Positions 49,074-61,546 of a stretch of 64,000 nucleotides of DNA are shown one piece after another. The stretch covers positions 677,271 through 741,270 of the forward strand of contig CAJINV010000012.1 of the NCBI GenBank assembly GCA_905178155.1, written 5' to 3'. The notes below the pieces were generated by a model. That model did not search any database and was not told the origin of the DNA. It was given only the letters and a program-made list of their open reading frames with translations. This DNA is from Amoebophrya sp. A120. Taxonomy: Eukaryota; Protista; Dinoflagellata. Numbering within the stretch: position 1 is the first letter of the stretch; every line of letters begins with the position of its first letter. The position numbers were made by a program, and so were the translations under genes.

Positions 49074-49321
49074 TCTTCTTCAACAACTCGTATTTGTCTC
49101 AGGGTCAGACGGATGGATCGTCGATGTAAAAAGGCTGGTAAGGCACGATATGGGTTCAAACCATATGTTGACACAGAAGTTTACGTAGTAAAATAGCGAT
49201 TTGTTAAGCCAGAAAGAGTCATGACTTGGAAAATCCCCCCCCTTTGCGTCGGAAACTCCCCTCGTTGGGGAACGAGAGCCCAAATGCTACAACTTCGAGC
49301 GTTTTAAACATACTGAAGCCA
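48925..49321 (-). repeat. ~99% duplicate of 45908-46462 lacking the introner
   Basis: Four substitutions seen by eye; single ttgca at the junction. Confidence 0.95.
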
Positions 49322-49829
49322 TAGATTTTTCACCTGGCGGAGAAGAAAAGCAAAAGGAAGCTGATGTAGGTGTTCCATCGCAGCCTCAGTTCTGGCATAT
49401 GTTGAGAATTCAAGCAGTGGAATTTGCTCCGCCTGCTGCTGCTCCTCCACACTACTGGTCATCAATTGAAGTAGACGGAGATACTATAAAGAAAATCACA
49501 AAGTAAAGTTGTAGTAAATTGTGAAGAGAACCAAAATAAGCTCGGCAGCTGAAAAAGGAAGCAAAAAATGAGAATGACTGAGTTCAGGCACTAGTTTTCT
49601 TATCGTGTCGGGTGAAGAGGCTTTAGCTCAGCACAATTAATCATTCCTCCTCCGTGAAGTTATCTACTCGTATTGGCATGCATCAACTCACTTGCTTCGT
49701 CGTAGTCAGCACTTCGCTGTCTAATCTTTGTAGACGCGAAGAGCTTGTCTTTTCGAACTTTTAATATTGTTGAAAAAGCAAAAGGTAAAAGGAAAAGCCC
49801 ATACTAAACTTCCCAAAAACTACGCCACT

Positions 49830-52800
49830 TCAACTCACCACCGGCATCGCGTAGTTGCAGGTCGTTTCTGCAACTGCTCTCGGTAAAACAATCGCTTTTT
49901 CGTGGCAAAGCGGAATCAGAGCGCTTTCCTTCACCATTTCCGTCGGCGACCCGAGAGTGGCGCTGCTGGAGTTGTTCGGCACGACCGGTCGCTGCGTTTC
50001 CACCATGAGCCACTCGACGCGGCTAGCTACTTGCTCCTCGCCCTTCATATCACCCAGGTCGCCGTCAAAACTGTCTTTCCTTTCGCCTCCGGCGGCGGTA
50101 AACGAGGCAGAGGAGCTACTCCCAGAGGAAGAGACCATCCCGATGGATTGCTTACTCGCACTGCGGCTCCGGCTTGTGTAGTTATTCATCGCTGCACCAG
50201 TAGTACTCGCGTCTAGGCTCTCGGAACTGGAATTGGCACCGCTGCTGTTATTCCCCTTCTCTGCAACAGGCTGGGGAAAGTAGGACAGCAAAGTGTGTTC
50301 CGACCGGAGCAGGCGCGGTTTTGAGGTCGCGGTGAAAGCGATAGAAGAACTACTCTTCTGTTTCTCAACTGCCGTCTTCTTCGCCATACTGGTCGTTACT
50401 GTTGCGACTTGCCACTTCGAAAACGCTTTGAAAGCGTGTGCTTGGTCGTCTTGGGCGGTTCCGGTTGAGGCGTTAAAAATGTTGCTGTTACTATTTGACG
50501 TAGTCCTTTCAACATCATCCGCAAGGGCGTAAACTACCTCAGTGTTCTTCTCAAAGTACCTCCTTATCCTCGTTGCGTCCACCCGGAAGGGTTTCGGCTG
50601 CATCTTCTTCGGTGGTAACTTCACGATGTACCCCCGGAATCCCGGCAGCGCTTTCTCCACAACGCAGGGTCCGATCCAGGAGAGGGATTTGTTGCTAGAC
50701 AAAGTTGTATCGGAAGATGCTGAAAATTGCGTCGGAGCAGGTTGTTCTTTGGAAGAAGGTACTATCTCTGTCGTGCTTTCCTCCAGCGTTTTGTTGTGGT
50801 CCTGGACGTTTTTACCACTTTCCTCCATTTCCACGCAAACTATGAAAGCCTCAGGTTGGAAATCCTCAAAGTGAAAATAATTTGTAATGCAAAAAAACGA
50901 CTCCAGTTGAAGCACCATTTCTAGTCGGCGCATGACAAATTTCCCGGGCACTCAAAGCGTGTTTGTCATGCTAGTTAGGCAAAGCGGTGCCCCACCCTCG
51001 TGCTAATCAGCAGCCCAATTCTGAACCTGTAGAAGCACAATAGTCGGCCTCCATTGCGTTCTCTCCAATACAGTCTTTTTGGTGTCGCATTTCATGCATC
51101 ACAAATTATTTTTACTTTGAGCATTTCCATTCTGAGGGTGTCATACAAACTTGACACAGCTCCCCGACCCGCAATGGGATCCGCAGTTTTGTTATCGGGC
51201 AGGACCTCTTGACCTGCTTCCCCTGAATCAAAACATCGACAACGCCCGCAGTTTGGATGCTTTGGGAAACAGTTGTTGCAGTTGTACTGGTTGCAGCACT
51301 ACTACTCGTTGTTGCCAAAATGGACGCGGGGACGTATGTGCCGAACCTCTGCGACCAATACTCGACCTTCTCGCCCGCGGAATAGCACGCCGGTGGGCGG
51401 TTCGTCGGATTCTGTTCAGAGGAAACGGCTGTGGAAATCTCGCTAGTCTTGTCGATTGGCTTAGAAGTGCTGGTTACGCTTTTCCTTTCTGCAAGATCTA
51501 CGGCTTTGACCGGCGAAGTAGTTGTGTCGTCCACCTTCACTTCAAACGTCGCTGCTTTTACCACCTCCTGCTGATCGTAATCCCAGATAATTTTCCGTTT
51601 CCCGGTTTTCTCGTCCATCATGATTTTCCAATGCGTGTTTAACTTCGTGTGTTTTTCCAGTTCCAGAGTCAAATTCTGCTTCCCCTTCTTCGGCTTCTTA
51701 CACCCGTAGTAGCAGTACACACTGGCGCAGAGCCAGAAGAGGGCGATAACCGCGAAAATAGAGGACTTCAAGATCATCGCTTGGTCAGCGCAGGAAAAGG
51801 AATCCTCGGAATGCAACGGGCAGTCGAGGAAGCTGCAATTATTGTAGTTTTTACAATTCTGCTCAATTTCCGGTTTTGTTGTTTGATCGCATTCATCCCC
51901 ATCGTTCGCATTGCCGCAGACAAGCAATCCAATTCGGGCCTGGATCCCCTTTCCGCACAGGTTGGAGCACGTGTCCCAGGCGCCAGGCTGGAGATCATGT
52001 TCTTGAGTGCTTTGTGATGCAGTAGTTCTTGCGCCGTCAGTAGTTGTAGATGAATCATCAACCACGAATCCCCATTCATTTTTCGTCACAATCGCGTTTG
52101 CAGTGAAGCGGATAGTTTCTGTGTTCAGGGAGAAACTCTGTAGGAAGTCGGCTTGTTGTGCTGATGTTGTGACAGTGGCAAGTTCCCGTCTGACCGACGC
52201 AGGAACAACTACTTGCGACGAGGACTCTGCCGGCCCCAGCCCTAACACGTCGGCTCGGTGTCGGTGCAACTCGTTAACAAATGCGGACCGGTATGAACTG
52301 CAAAAGTATCGTACTCGTATAAATGCATGACAAATTCCCTCAGCATGAGAAATCAAATTTGTAATGCGGATTTCCCTAGGGAAAAGAATTTGTAATGCAA
52401 GACTTGCATTTATACGAGTACGATACTTTTGCACAGGATAACCGGACACTCGGTGTTATCTCCGCGGAGGAGGAAAAGCTGGATGCTATTCCCCGAAAAT
52501 TAACCATCCCCATCCACTTTTTGCATGACAGACGCCGAATTTCCTACATGTTTTGCATGACAAATTGGATGGGGATGGGTGATTTTCAGGGAATAGATGC
52601 CATGGAGATCAAGTGATTCCTTACCGTCTGTGCCCGGGTGGATTTCAAATCCCCTCGAGTGCGAACCTCGAAAGAGACTTGGAAGGTCTTGGTTGATATG
52701 GATTGCAAAAGTGTCTGGGTCTGGAAGAGTGGAACTTGTAATGCTGTCTGCAGATTCTAGAAATGTCTGTGTTGCATGAGCAGCAAGAGGAGTCAGCTCT

Positions 52801-55800
52801 TGGACGCAGATAGGGCTTTTCTCATGCGTAATTAGCATCAAGAAGCTGTCGAAAAATCTGCGATGCTAGCACCAGCATCACAGACCTCACGGGTCATGCA
52901 AAATGTGCATGAAAAAACCCAACTCCTCCAGACCCAGACACTTTTGCATTTGATAGTTGAGGATGCTGTTGAGCTAGTGCTGTGTTGGTTTGGCACAATT
53001 TCCACCGGGGCCCGAACCGCAATTGTGTCGTAGGTAGGTGATTGTGCGGAAGATGATGATGATGATGTTCTTATTGACAACTCCGACGTCAGCGACCGAG
53101 CCTCCCCTTGTCCTGCTTGTTGCTGCATCCGGAGCATTCCATTCGGTAACAAAGCTAGAAACGCCTTGCGGTAGGCGGATCTCATGATCGGGTCTCGAGT
53201 TAGCAGGTTCGTGTCGAGGGCTGGTGAAGCAGGTTCTTGCTGCGATGGTGCCGAAGATGCCGGCGAGGTGCTGTCGACGCTGGTTGTAATAGAAGATTCG
53301 TACCCTTCTATTGTTCCAGAAGTTGGCGATGAGGTAGAAACTTCCGGCGCCAACATAGCAGCAGCTCCAACAGGGCCGATCTGCAAGAACTCTTTCACCA
53401 ACGTCTCCGTTTGTTGCAGTTCGAAATTAATCGTCACCGATGTGGAGCTAATCACCTCCCCCACGGCCCCTTCTTTGATGCAGCCGGCGTTGTTAGTACT
53501 GGGAGTTTCAGACGACGGAGAAGTAGCACTACCCTCTCCTGCAGACGTCGTGGTAGAGGACACCGCTGCGGCAGACCCCGCCGCTGTGAAAACTCCGTCT
53601 ACGCAAGTGACCGGGAAACTCACGCTTGAAACTTTCCCCGCGTCCCCGTTCCAAATATCGTATCCAGTGGGGCAGGTTGCTGCGCACTGCATGCCGGTGG
53701 GGTAGGTGTTTGCTTGCTCGGTAGAAGTGCTCGCTCCTTCTTCCTTACCAGAGGAGGGGGATGAACTTGATGAACCGCTGCAGTCGATGGTAGTGGATGT
53801 CTGAAACACGGAAGACGCTGCTGTAGTACTGCCTACCCCTGGTGCGCCGCCGGTCGGACTGCTGTTAGATGTTCCTGCAGCATTCGTCAACCCACAACTC
53901 GCCGCTCGGCGACACAAATTTTCCAACTGTGGTGAAGATGACGATCCTCCTGCAGCTGTCCCTCGCAACATCCATTCCCGCCCTTCCTGGTCACAAACCA
54001 ACTTCGCGACAGCGTTATTTTGGCCCGAAATCACTACAGTTTGCTGCGGCACGAACTCCGGCCCCTTGCAGGAAATCTCCACTTGATTCGGGTCAGTGGG
54101 CTTGTCATGCATAACCAGCATGGAAGCTGCACTTGAATCAATGAAGTGACTGATCGTAGGCGCCGGCCCGCAATACGCCGGGGGTAGAGTCGTAGAGGAA
54201 GAGCTGCTTGAAGCTGCAATAACGGGTGGAGGAGTCGTTGTGGTCGTAATCCTCAGTGGTACCAATCTCGTCGTGATTATCTCCACACTTGCATCGCTCA
54301 CCGCAAACACCGGCCCCATAGAGGTGCTGGTGGTGAAGGTTGATGTGGCACCAGATAATTCATCCGCCGGTCGTCCCGGTGGTGGAGAAGACGAGGATTC
54401 TTCAGAGGACTCAGGGAGTTCTCTCCGTTTGTTCGGGTCTTGCGAAGCAGCCGCTCCTGCATTCACACTCGCCAAGCTTGTCCCCGAAACCACGTCGCTC
54501 AAAAACCCAAATTGCCCATTGGTGTGCTTAGTCAAGAACAAATTGCTTCGGATGATTCCCTCCTCTGTCGGCGTAAATTTGTTTTCATCTGCTTGTCCTG
54601 ATTCTGATCCAGATCCACCACCACCATCGCTTCCACCTGGCAATACAACCGCCCCCGAGATCCCTTTCGTTTCAAAATCCCTCACTTTCGCATTCCACGT
54701 ATTTTCCAAAAAGCTCCCCGCGTGTTCTCTTGTCTTGAATTCACCAAAAGCAAACTCCACTGTGATGTTGACGTTGAGAGATGGAGCGACGGGGCCGTTT
54801 GAACCGCTGCTCTGACCGGCACTCGAAGAACCCGTCGTGCTACTAAACACCTCCACCGGTTGGTCGCTCAGGTCTAGATGGAGAAGAGCCAGACTCGTGT
54901 TGAAATGGATTTTCATTTCCCTTGCGGAAAAATCACCGTTGAAAATTTCTTTGTCCAGTTTCAATTTCAAATACTGGTAGAAGTTGTTCGCAATCAATTT
55001 TTTTCGGTTTTTCAAATTCTCCGCATCTTGTCCGATTTGATCATGTCCGTTTGCATTCCCCGTTGGATTCGCCACCGACTCCCACCAAGCCCTCGGCTTG
55101 TTATGCAGTGCAAAAGCATCGTACTCGTAGTAATCGCAGTAATGCATTACAAATCTCCTTCTTAACCTAAATCCGAACTACAAATTTCATTTTTCATGCT
55201 GAGGGAATTTGTCATGCGATTTCTACCAGTACGATGCTTTTGCATTTCATACTTGTCCGGGCTGTGCAACTGGTAGGTCAAAGAGAACTTCAACTGGTAA
55301 ACCACCTCCGGGTCCCGCAAATAGTCCTTCTTCGCGAAATTCATATCCAGGCCGCATTTCTCTGTTGCGTACCCGTCTTCGAAGATCTGTTTGTACATGG
55401 GATCAGGATTGTTCCCGCTGTGGTCCCTACCCGCGCAGTTCTGCGCCGAGCAAACTCCTAACCTGCGCCACGTTGCGCAACACACGTCCGCGGTGAACCT
55501 TTCCGGGCTGGTGCAGGACAAAAGGTCGAAATTAGGGGGGGCAGAGAACTCTCGGTAAGCTAAGGTTCCGGTCTTATCGCAGATTTTGTCGAAGCAAGTG
55601 GTGAACTGTCGGTTGGTGGATAAAGACGGATTTCCGTTCATCCTCGGTTCGTAGCGGAACCGGAGAAAGAAATCCTCCGGATCGGAGGCCGGGAGAATGT
55701 AGTAGTTGTAGGAAGGTGGAGCAGGACTAGTTGGCGACGTCGCGTCTTGCTGTGCATCTCCTACACTGTTTGTTGTACTTTGCAGCCCGCTATTCCGAAT

Positions 55801-58800
55801 CGCTTGCTCTAGTTTCTGCTCAAACATTATCCACAGAAAAACACCCATCCCGGCCATCCATTTTTTGCATAACAAATAGTGGAATTTATGCACATTCTGC
55901 ATGACAAATTGGATGGGGATGGTTGTTTTTTCCTGAATAAACTTCTCCTCAATTTTCCACTCCTCGGTTCCGAAAAAGTAGTCCGAAGCCGCCGGCGGCC
56001 AAAAATTCTTCAAGTGGATTGTCACGACAAACGACCGCTTGTAATCATTACTACTTGGTGAAGGAGATGATGCGGAGCCGGAATCACCACTATTACTCGG
56101 AACTAGAATCACCCGAACGGTGAAGAGTCTATTCATCGCTGTTTCGTCGAAGTTGTTGCTGTTGGAAAAGCTCTGCGGGAAAAACTCCCGCATGGTGTTC
56201 ACGAAGGATTCTCTTACAAGCTTTTCCGCTTCGCCGGTCTTCGGTTGGAGAAATTTTTGGAGGAAAATAGGGGTGAAACCTCCGGTGGAAGAAGAGGATA
56301 AAGCCCTTATTTCGCTTGTTTGTTCTGTCATCTTTCGTCGTTTCTCCTCTTGCGGAGGGGCTTTTCCACTTGGCGGAGGAGACGACTCACTATCCCCTAT
56401 ACTTGCCGGACCCATCACCGACACAAGCTGAAAAGTCGCTTCTAGGTGTAGATCCAACCCCGTTTCGATCTCCTTGAACGGGTTCGCAATCGCACTGCAG
56501 GACTGCTCTATCGCGGTTTGCTCTGCGGTAAAGGTGTGTTGATTCGTGCCTCCAGTACTACACTGCCTCGCCGCACAATAGCCAATTTTCGCGACGGGGA
56601 GCTGTTGACAGCACTCGTTTTTGAAAGACAGTAGAGCGGAAGAAGTTGTAGTCGAACTGTCACCGTTGCTCCCGACGATCGAGTTCACAGTTGTAGTTCC
56701 AGCAGCAGAATTCGCAGATGAAGAAGTACTAAAGCACTGCCTGTATTCCCCCAACCGCGTGTGTGCAAACACGTTCCGCGCCGGAATATCTTCGTTCTGC
56801 TCGTAGACACAGTTTTCCGCCATGCAGTTCAAATGTTCTGGGAATTGATTCGAAACCTTCTCAATCCGCAACTCATTGTTCCTCAGCAACTCCGCGTGTC
56901 GGTAGTCCAAATGCCAATAGTTATCCGCGATGCCGTACACCACTCTTCCCGGCGTGTCCTGGCTTCGCACTGAGGTCATGTAAAACGCCGCTTGGCCCGC
57001 ATTTGCGCTATTACCCTTCGCGTTCTGGAACAACCCACCGCTATTCCCGTAGTCAAGTTGTGTATTTCCGAGGAAGAGTTTCTGCTTCAGAAAGTTCTCC
57101 CGGAAGGACATTGCATGTTCTTCCGTTCTGAAAGGGCCGAGTCTGAAGGTAAAGGTGAGGTTGAACACGTGCTCCTTGTCGAACTGGTTTTCCCACCAGG
57201 TAGTTTGTTGTTCTTGATTCTTATCGTCCTGCTGTTGTTCCTGAAAGGACTCCACTTGCATCCGGATCCAGTTATCCTCCAACGTAGTTATGTTCCGCAA
57301 ATCCGTGATTTGCAATTCGATTGGGAAGAAGTCGCTATTTCCCGTTGTCTATCCTGTGCAAATGTATCGCACTCGTACTGATTGCAAATATGCATGACAA
57401 ATCTCCTTCCTAAGGTAAAACAGCATTACAAATTCCACATTTCTTCTTGCCCATTTTGTGACGCAATCTATACTAGTACGAGGATACTTTTGCAATGCAT
57501 ATTGTCCGATCCTCCGTGTAGTTCCAGAGCCGCAAAACGGTGTTCGCGATGTACTTTTTCAGGTAAAACTCGTAGAAAAATTTGCTGTCGCTGACTTTCA
57601 GATTTCGTGTTGGAGTTGTACCTGTTGTACCTGCCGCAGCGTCACCTGTGGATGCTGAAATTGTGTAAAATGCACCCGACCCCGTACTGCTCGCCGCACC
57701 ACTGGAAGATGAGCTGTTTCCCATTCCTGGAGTTGTAGTGCCGGAAGTAGATCCGAGCCAGCCGGAAATTCCGCGAGATCGATTGGAAAAACCGATCCCC
57801 ATCGGGAAACTGTTTGTTCCATTCACGTTTTCCGCGATAAACCGTGCCCGTTTTTCCCCCGGTGGCCCGTTCGTCGACCCAAAAGCGCCGACCATCCAGG
57901 CGCGCTGCGACAGGTAGAGCAGTTGCGACCCGGTGACGAAGAACCGGTCAGAGGTTTTTTGGGAGTGGAGGTTCACCCCACAGGACTCTTCGATGTTAGA
58001 TAAATGATGGTTGAGGCTGAAAATTGGGTTCGTTACCGCTCGCTTGGTTGGGGGGGCTGGAGACGAAAAATCTGCATTGGTGCCTTGTAGGGCTCTTGGT
58101 GTTGACGTTCCTTTCTGTAGCTGCTCCCGGTTGATTTTTTCATACGTTGTTGCCAAAGAAGACCAAGAAGACCCTACCAGCCGCCGCGATTCATGAGGCT
58201 GACTGTCGTCATTACTACTCCTTGGCGCCGGAAAATTGATTTCCCGTCGCATTCCGGACGCTTGGAACAATTTGCGGCCGTGTGAACTATCACTATCACT
58301 GAAGTCCGGGCAGTTCCGTTTCAAGCACTGCATGATGGGCGATAGATAGGAACAGCAGGAATTCTCTAGTTGCCGCTTCTCCTGACCCTGATCGGAGGCG
58401 ACAAACTGCACGGCGAAGTCCATCCGATGCGTCCCAACCGGGTCCCGATCGTCCCAACTATCCTGCACTTGCAAGCACTCGTGGTACAGTCGCGCACTGG
58501 GCGAGAAAGATTCGTAGTTGAAGTCAAAATACTGCAAAGGGGCGCTATTCCACTTCGCTTCTTCGAAAATTGTATCGCAGTGTGCGAAGAAGCAGTGCCC
58601 GTGCACTCCGATCTGATTGTCGAGAACCGTGTTACTAATCCTCCAATACTGCCCGCAAACCGACTGCTGCGTTCCCATGTCGTAAGACTCGGTGAGGGAA
58701 AGTTGTTCTACTTCGAAGTCGGAAGGTTGGGTATTGCTACTGCCGTCTTGTCCAGTTGTTCCCTGCTGTTGTACGAGATGCTGATTCACGGTGTACTTGA

Positions 58801-59779
58801 TCTGATTCCGCCAGTTGTTGCTCATCTCCAACTTGGACATGTAGGGGCCGCCCGCGTATCGGTTGTTGAAATTTTCGAAAATGTTCACCGCGTCGAAATC
58901 CGAGTTGGAAGTAACCGTGTAGTTGTAAATGAGGAACGGAACGCAGGTTTCACACGCCCGGACGACCGAGAGGGTGTCGGCTGTGACATTGAATTTCGGG
59001 TTTTTGTGCTGGGTAGTTGTTGTTCCTGCTGTGCCGCTAGGGTTGTCTCCGGTCATGTCTAGCGGCTGGCCCGTTATGGGAAACATCTCTGCTGTGATCA
59101 TGCTTTCCACCCCGAGCTTCAATGCTTGTTTCAATTTCTCATCCTTACTGGCGTTTTCTAAAGTCGCGAGGTCCATTTGCTGTTGATCTGGTCCACCGTT
59201 CGCACCTCCAGTGCTCATCGTCGATTGTCCTGTTGATTTCTGTTTGATTCCCTGCAGCCAAAGATCTAATTTCAAGTTCGACTCCTGCTTGAAAAATCGG
59301 AAACTGTAGTGGCATTGTTGTTCGATTTGTTGCTTCTGGTTCGTCGCTGGGGGAGGAGAGTAGGAGGTGAGAAACGTGGAGTGTTTCAGATTGAGCGCAG
59401 TCGCGCAGAAGTTCAAATGCTTCGCATTGTCGCAGCATTGCTGCTGGATATTGGGATCGGACGGCGGGGCGGTGCTTGCAGCACCCGTTTGTCCTTGCGA
59501 AGACGTCGGCGGCGGAGGAAAACAGGTTTGGTACTGCTGTAGCGGCGACGGTGGATCTGATCCAGCAGTAGGTGTGTTTTGTTCCAATCGAAAAACGGGA
59601 AACGACCCGGATTGCGGTGTTGGCACTCCTTGGAGGCAGTGCCGCTCAAATTGGTTATCATCCGTCTCCCGTGGGGTTTGGGCGGAAATGAGGTGGGGGA
59701 CGAGCAGGGAAATGCAGGAAAAGTGTAGCAGCAACGACCGCATGCTTCGGCGCGAAGGCCGGAGGTGAAGGTCAATCAT
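49830..59779 (-). CDS. ~2,900-aa type I membrane protein: signal peptide, Cys-rich repeats, Sushi-like and TSP1 modules, TM, cytoplasmic tail
   Basis: MRSLLLHFSCISLLVPHLISAQ; CAATCPTGY..VTCVDG; GAWDTCSNLCGKGIQAR..C (TSP1); SSIFAVIALFWLCASVYCYYGC (TM); seven introners; frame checked across 52292-52955. Confidence 0.75.
50841..51145. mobile_element. Introner family C variant
   Basis: TATGA...CCTCAG..TGGAAAT.CTCAAAGT; TSD caaac. Confidence 0.9.
52292..52440. mobile_element. Introner family A
   Basis: TIRs; TSD accgg. Confidence 0.95.
52487..52595. mobile_element. Introner family L (109 bp)
   Basis: TIR TATTCCC.GAAAAT.A.CCATCCCCATCCA; TSD gatgc. Confidence 0.9.
52697..52955. mobile_element. 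Introner family B
   Basis: TIRs; TSD gttga. Confidence 0.9.
55102..55251. mobile_element. Introner family A
   Basis: TIRs; TSD cttgt. Confidence 0.9.
55828..55939. mobile_element. Introner family L, open in frame
   Basis: CCATCCC..CCATCC / GGATGGGGATGG; flanks aacat/aactt; 112+5=117 nt. Confidence 0.85.
57350..57501. mobile_element. Introner family A
   Basis: TIRs; TSD ttgtc. Confidence 0.9.
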
Positions 59780-60563
59780 TTCTGCAGATGACGTTCCCGG
59801 CGCGCACTGTGGTTGTTTATTTACTTATGTTTTTTTTTTGTGTTTCCGTTTTCAGGTGTTCATGCTTGATTAGGTTTTGTGCATGCACTGTTTCATCACA
59901 TTGATTTGCAGCAGTGTTCGTCTTCATAACAAGCAAAGAAATGAACGATAAAGTGAAAAAGTGCAACTTTGCGTGAAGGCTACAAAAGGTAGACAATAGG
60001 AAGTCCTTTTTTCCTTATGCATAATGCTTTTTGTGCATTCTGATTTACTGAAAAACATGCTATCCTCATTCCTCATAACGAACTAACTAACATAACACAA
60101 AGCACTACCTCTTGTCGCAATTTGCGAATTGTCGTCCTGATCCTTCCGTCACACACACGCAGCGTTTTTCATTTTGCTTTTAAAACGCGAACAGCGCCAC
60201 TGCTTCTGTGTGTTGACATCAACAAGGAACAACACGCAAAAACAAAAAATATCCACTCAAGCATACTCCTACTCGTTGAGCGTCGAACTCAGGTTTTACA
60301 TCCAAAAAGAAAATGACGAACAGAAAAAAACAAAACTGTGCCGCGCAAATAAATGCACAAAAACATTACAGGACCAAATAACTGCGGCATTTTTTGCTTA
60401 ATGCGACTCATCACTCTCTAGCACTCAAAAACTGCTACTGCAGCCAGTTGCAACATTTTGCCCACACTCAGGATTAGCAACACAGGACTGACTCTTCATC
60501 TGTTTGCGTCGCGTGTCCCTCATCCGCTCTTCAGACGAGTGACTCTTCATGATGAACAAGCTA

Positions 60564-61546
60564 AGCTTTCCAATATTCGCGAAAGCGTTTTTGTTCGCTT
60601 TTGCCTGTGCGAACCGACGTGAAGCAATTCAGTTGTCGTCGTGCTCGTAGCTCTCGGGCCACTACCTCTCCCATAACACAGGTGGAGGAACAAGAGAGCC
60701 CGCCCGACTTGTTCTGCACCATGTGGTGCGCGAGGAACCCGCTGAGCTATCTTCCTTTTGCAACAACACAGCGCCCGCGCGACAGTGCGCGCCCTTCCTG
60801 CTTCGGACGGCGCGCTCGCACAGGGAAAGACAGGCGGCGCCCCAGGTGCTCCTGCGCGCGCCACCGGGCCCGCGGGGGTCACTCACTGCGATGGACCCCG
60901 CGAACGCCGGCGAGCAGGGCTGCCTGCGAAGGGGCTGCGCGATCGATGAGGGCAGGGCCAATGCCCGAAGAGGTAGGCCGCGCGCCCCCCTCCCGGCCCG
61001 GGAAGAGGCCGGCGGCGGACGAGTCACAACAACCAGCCAGGGCAAGCGCCACAACCCGACCGGGCGGCCGGCGCACCCCCAGACGGCGGGCGGGCCACAC
61101 CGCACGGCACCGGTCAAGCCTGGGGAGGGTACACAGGGCCAAAGGGCGCGACACCGCGCCCGCAACACGATCGCCGTGGCCGTCGCGGCTTCCCGTCTCT
61201 TTTTTTCTCGCGGCTTCCCGTCCCACGGCACGGTCTTCGCGGCGCGGGTTTCCTTCGTGCTTCTGCGGGAGCTGCTTCCTCATGTCATAGCGCCGCCCTC
61301 GTGTCTGCAAGGAGAGACAAGGGAAGCCACGGCAGGGCGCACAACATGCCCCACACCATGGCCCACGTCGTTGAACTCCTCCGCCGCACTGATCCAGGCG
61401 AAAAGTCCAACCACCCGCAGAGCCGGGGCCGGCGGTCTCGGCGAGTGGCGCGCCCAGCCGACTCGGCTCACACAACAACGCCGGGCCGCAGCATCTCATC
61501 AGTGCCGTGCCCGTCTGAGTAGATACGGAGAAGCACCCCCATGCAG
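60564..61546. other. GC-rich segment of unknown origin
   Basis: Much more GC-rich than its flanks, open in many frames, no introners; acaagcta occurs on both sides. Confidence 0.4.

Noticed and set aside
4044-52955. A rule that every introner ends in a G supplied by the TSD
   Set aside because: Sense-strand TSDs ctcaa, tttca, cacat, tttac and tcaac contain no G.
540-57594. Recurrent peptides in the ORF track (YEYDTFA, VQKYRTR, LPDPDIFAFD, FVMQ) as a protein family
   Set aside because: They are translations of introner TIRs and cores in arbitrary frames.
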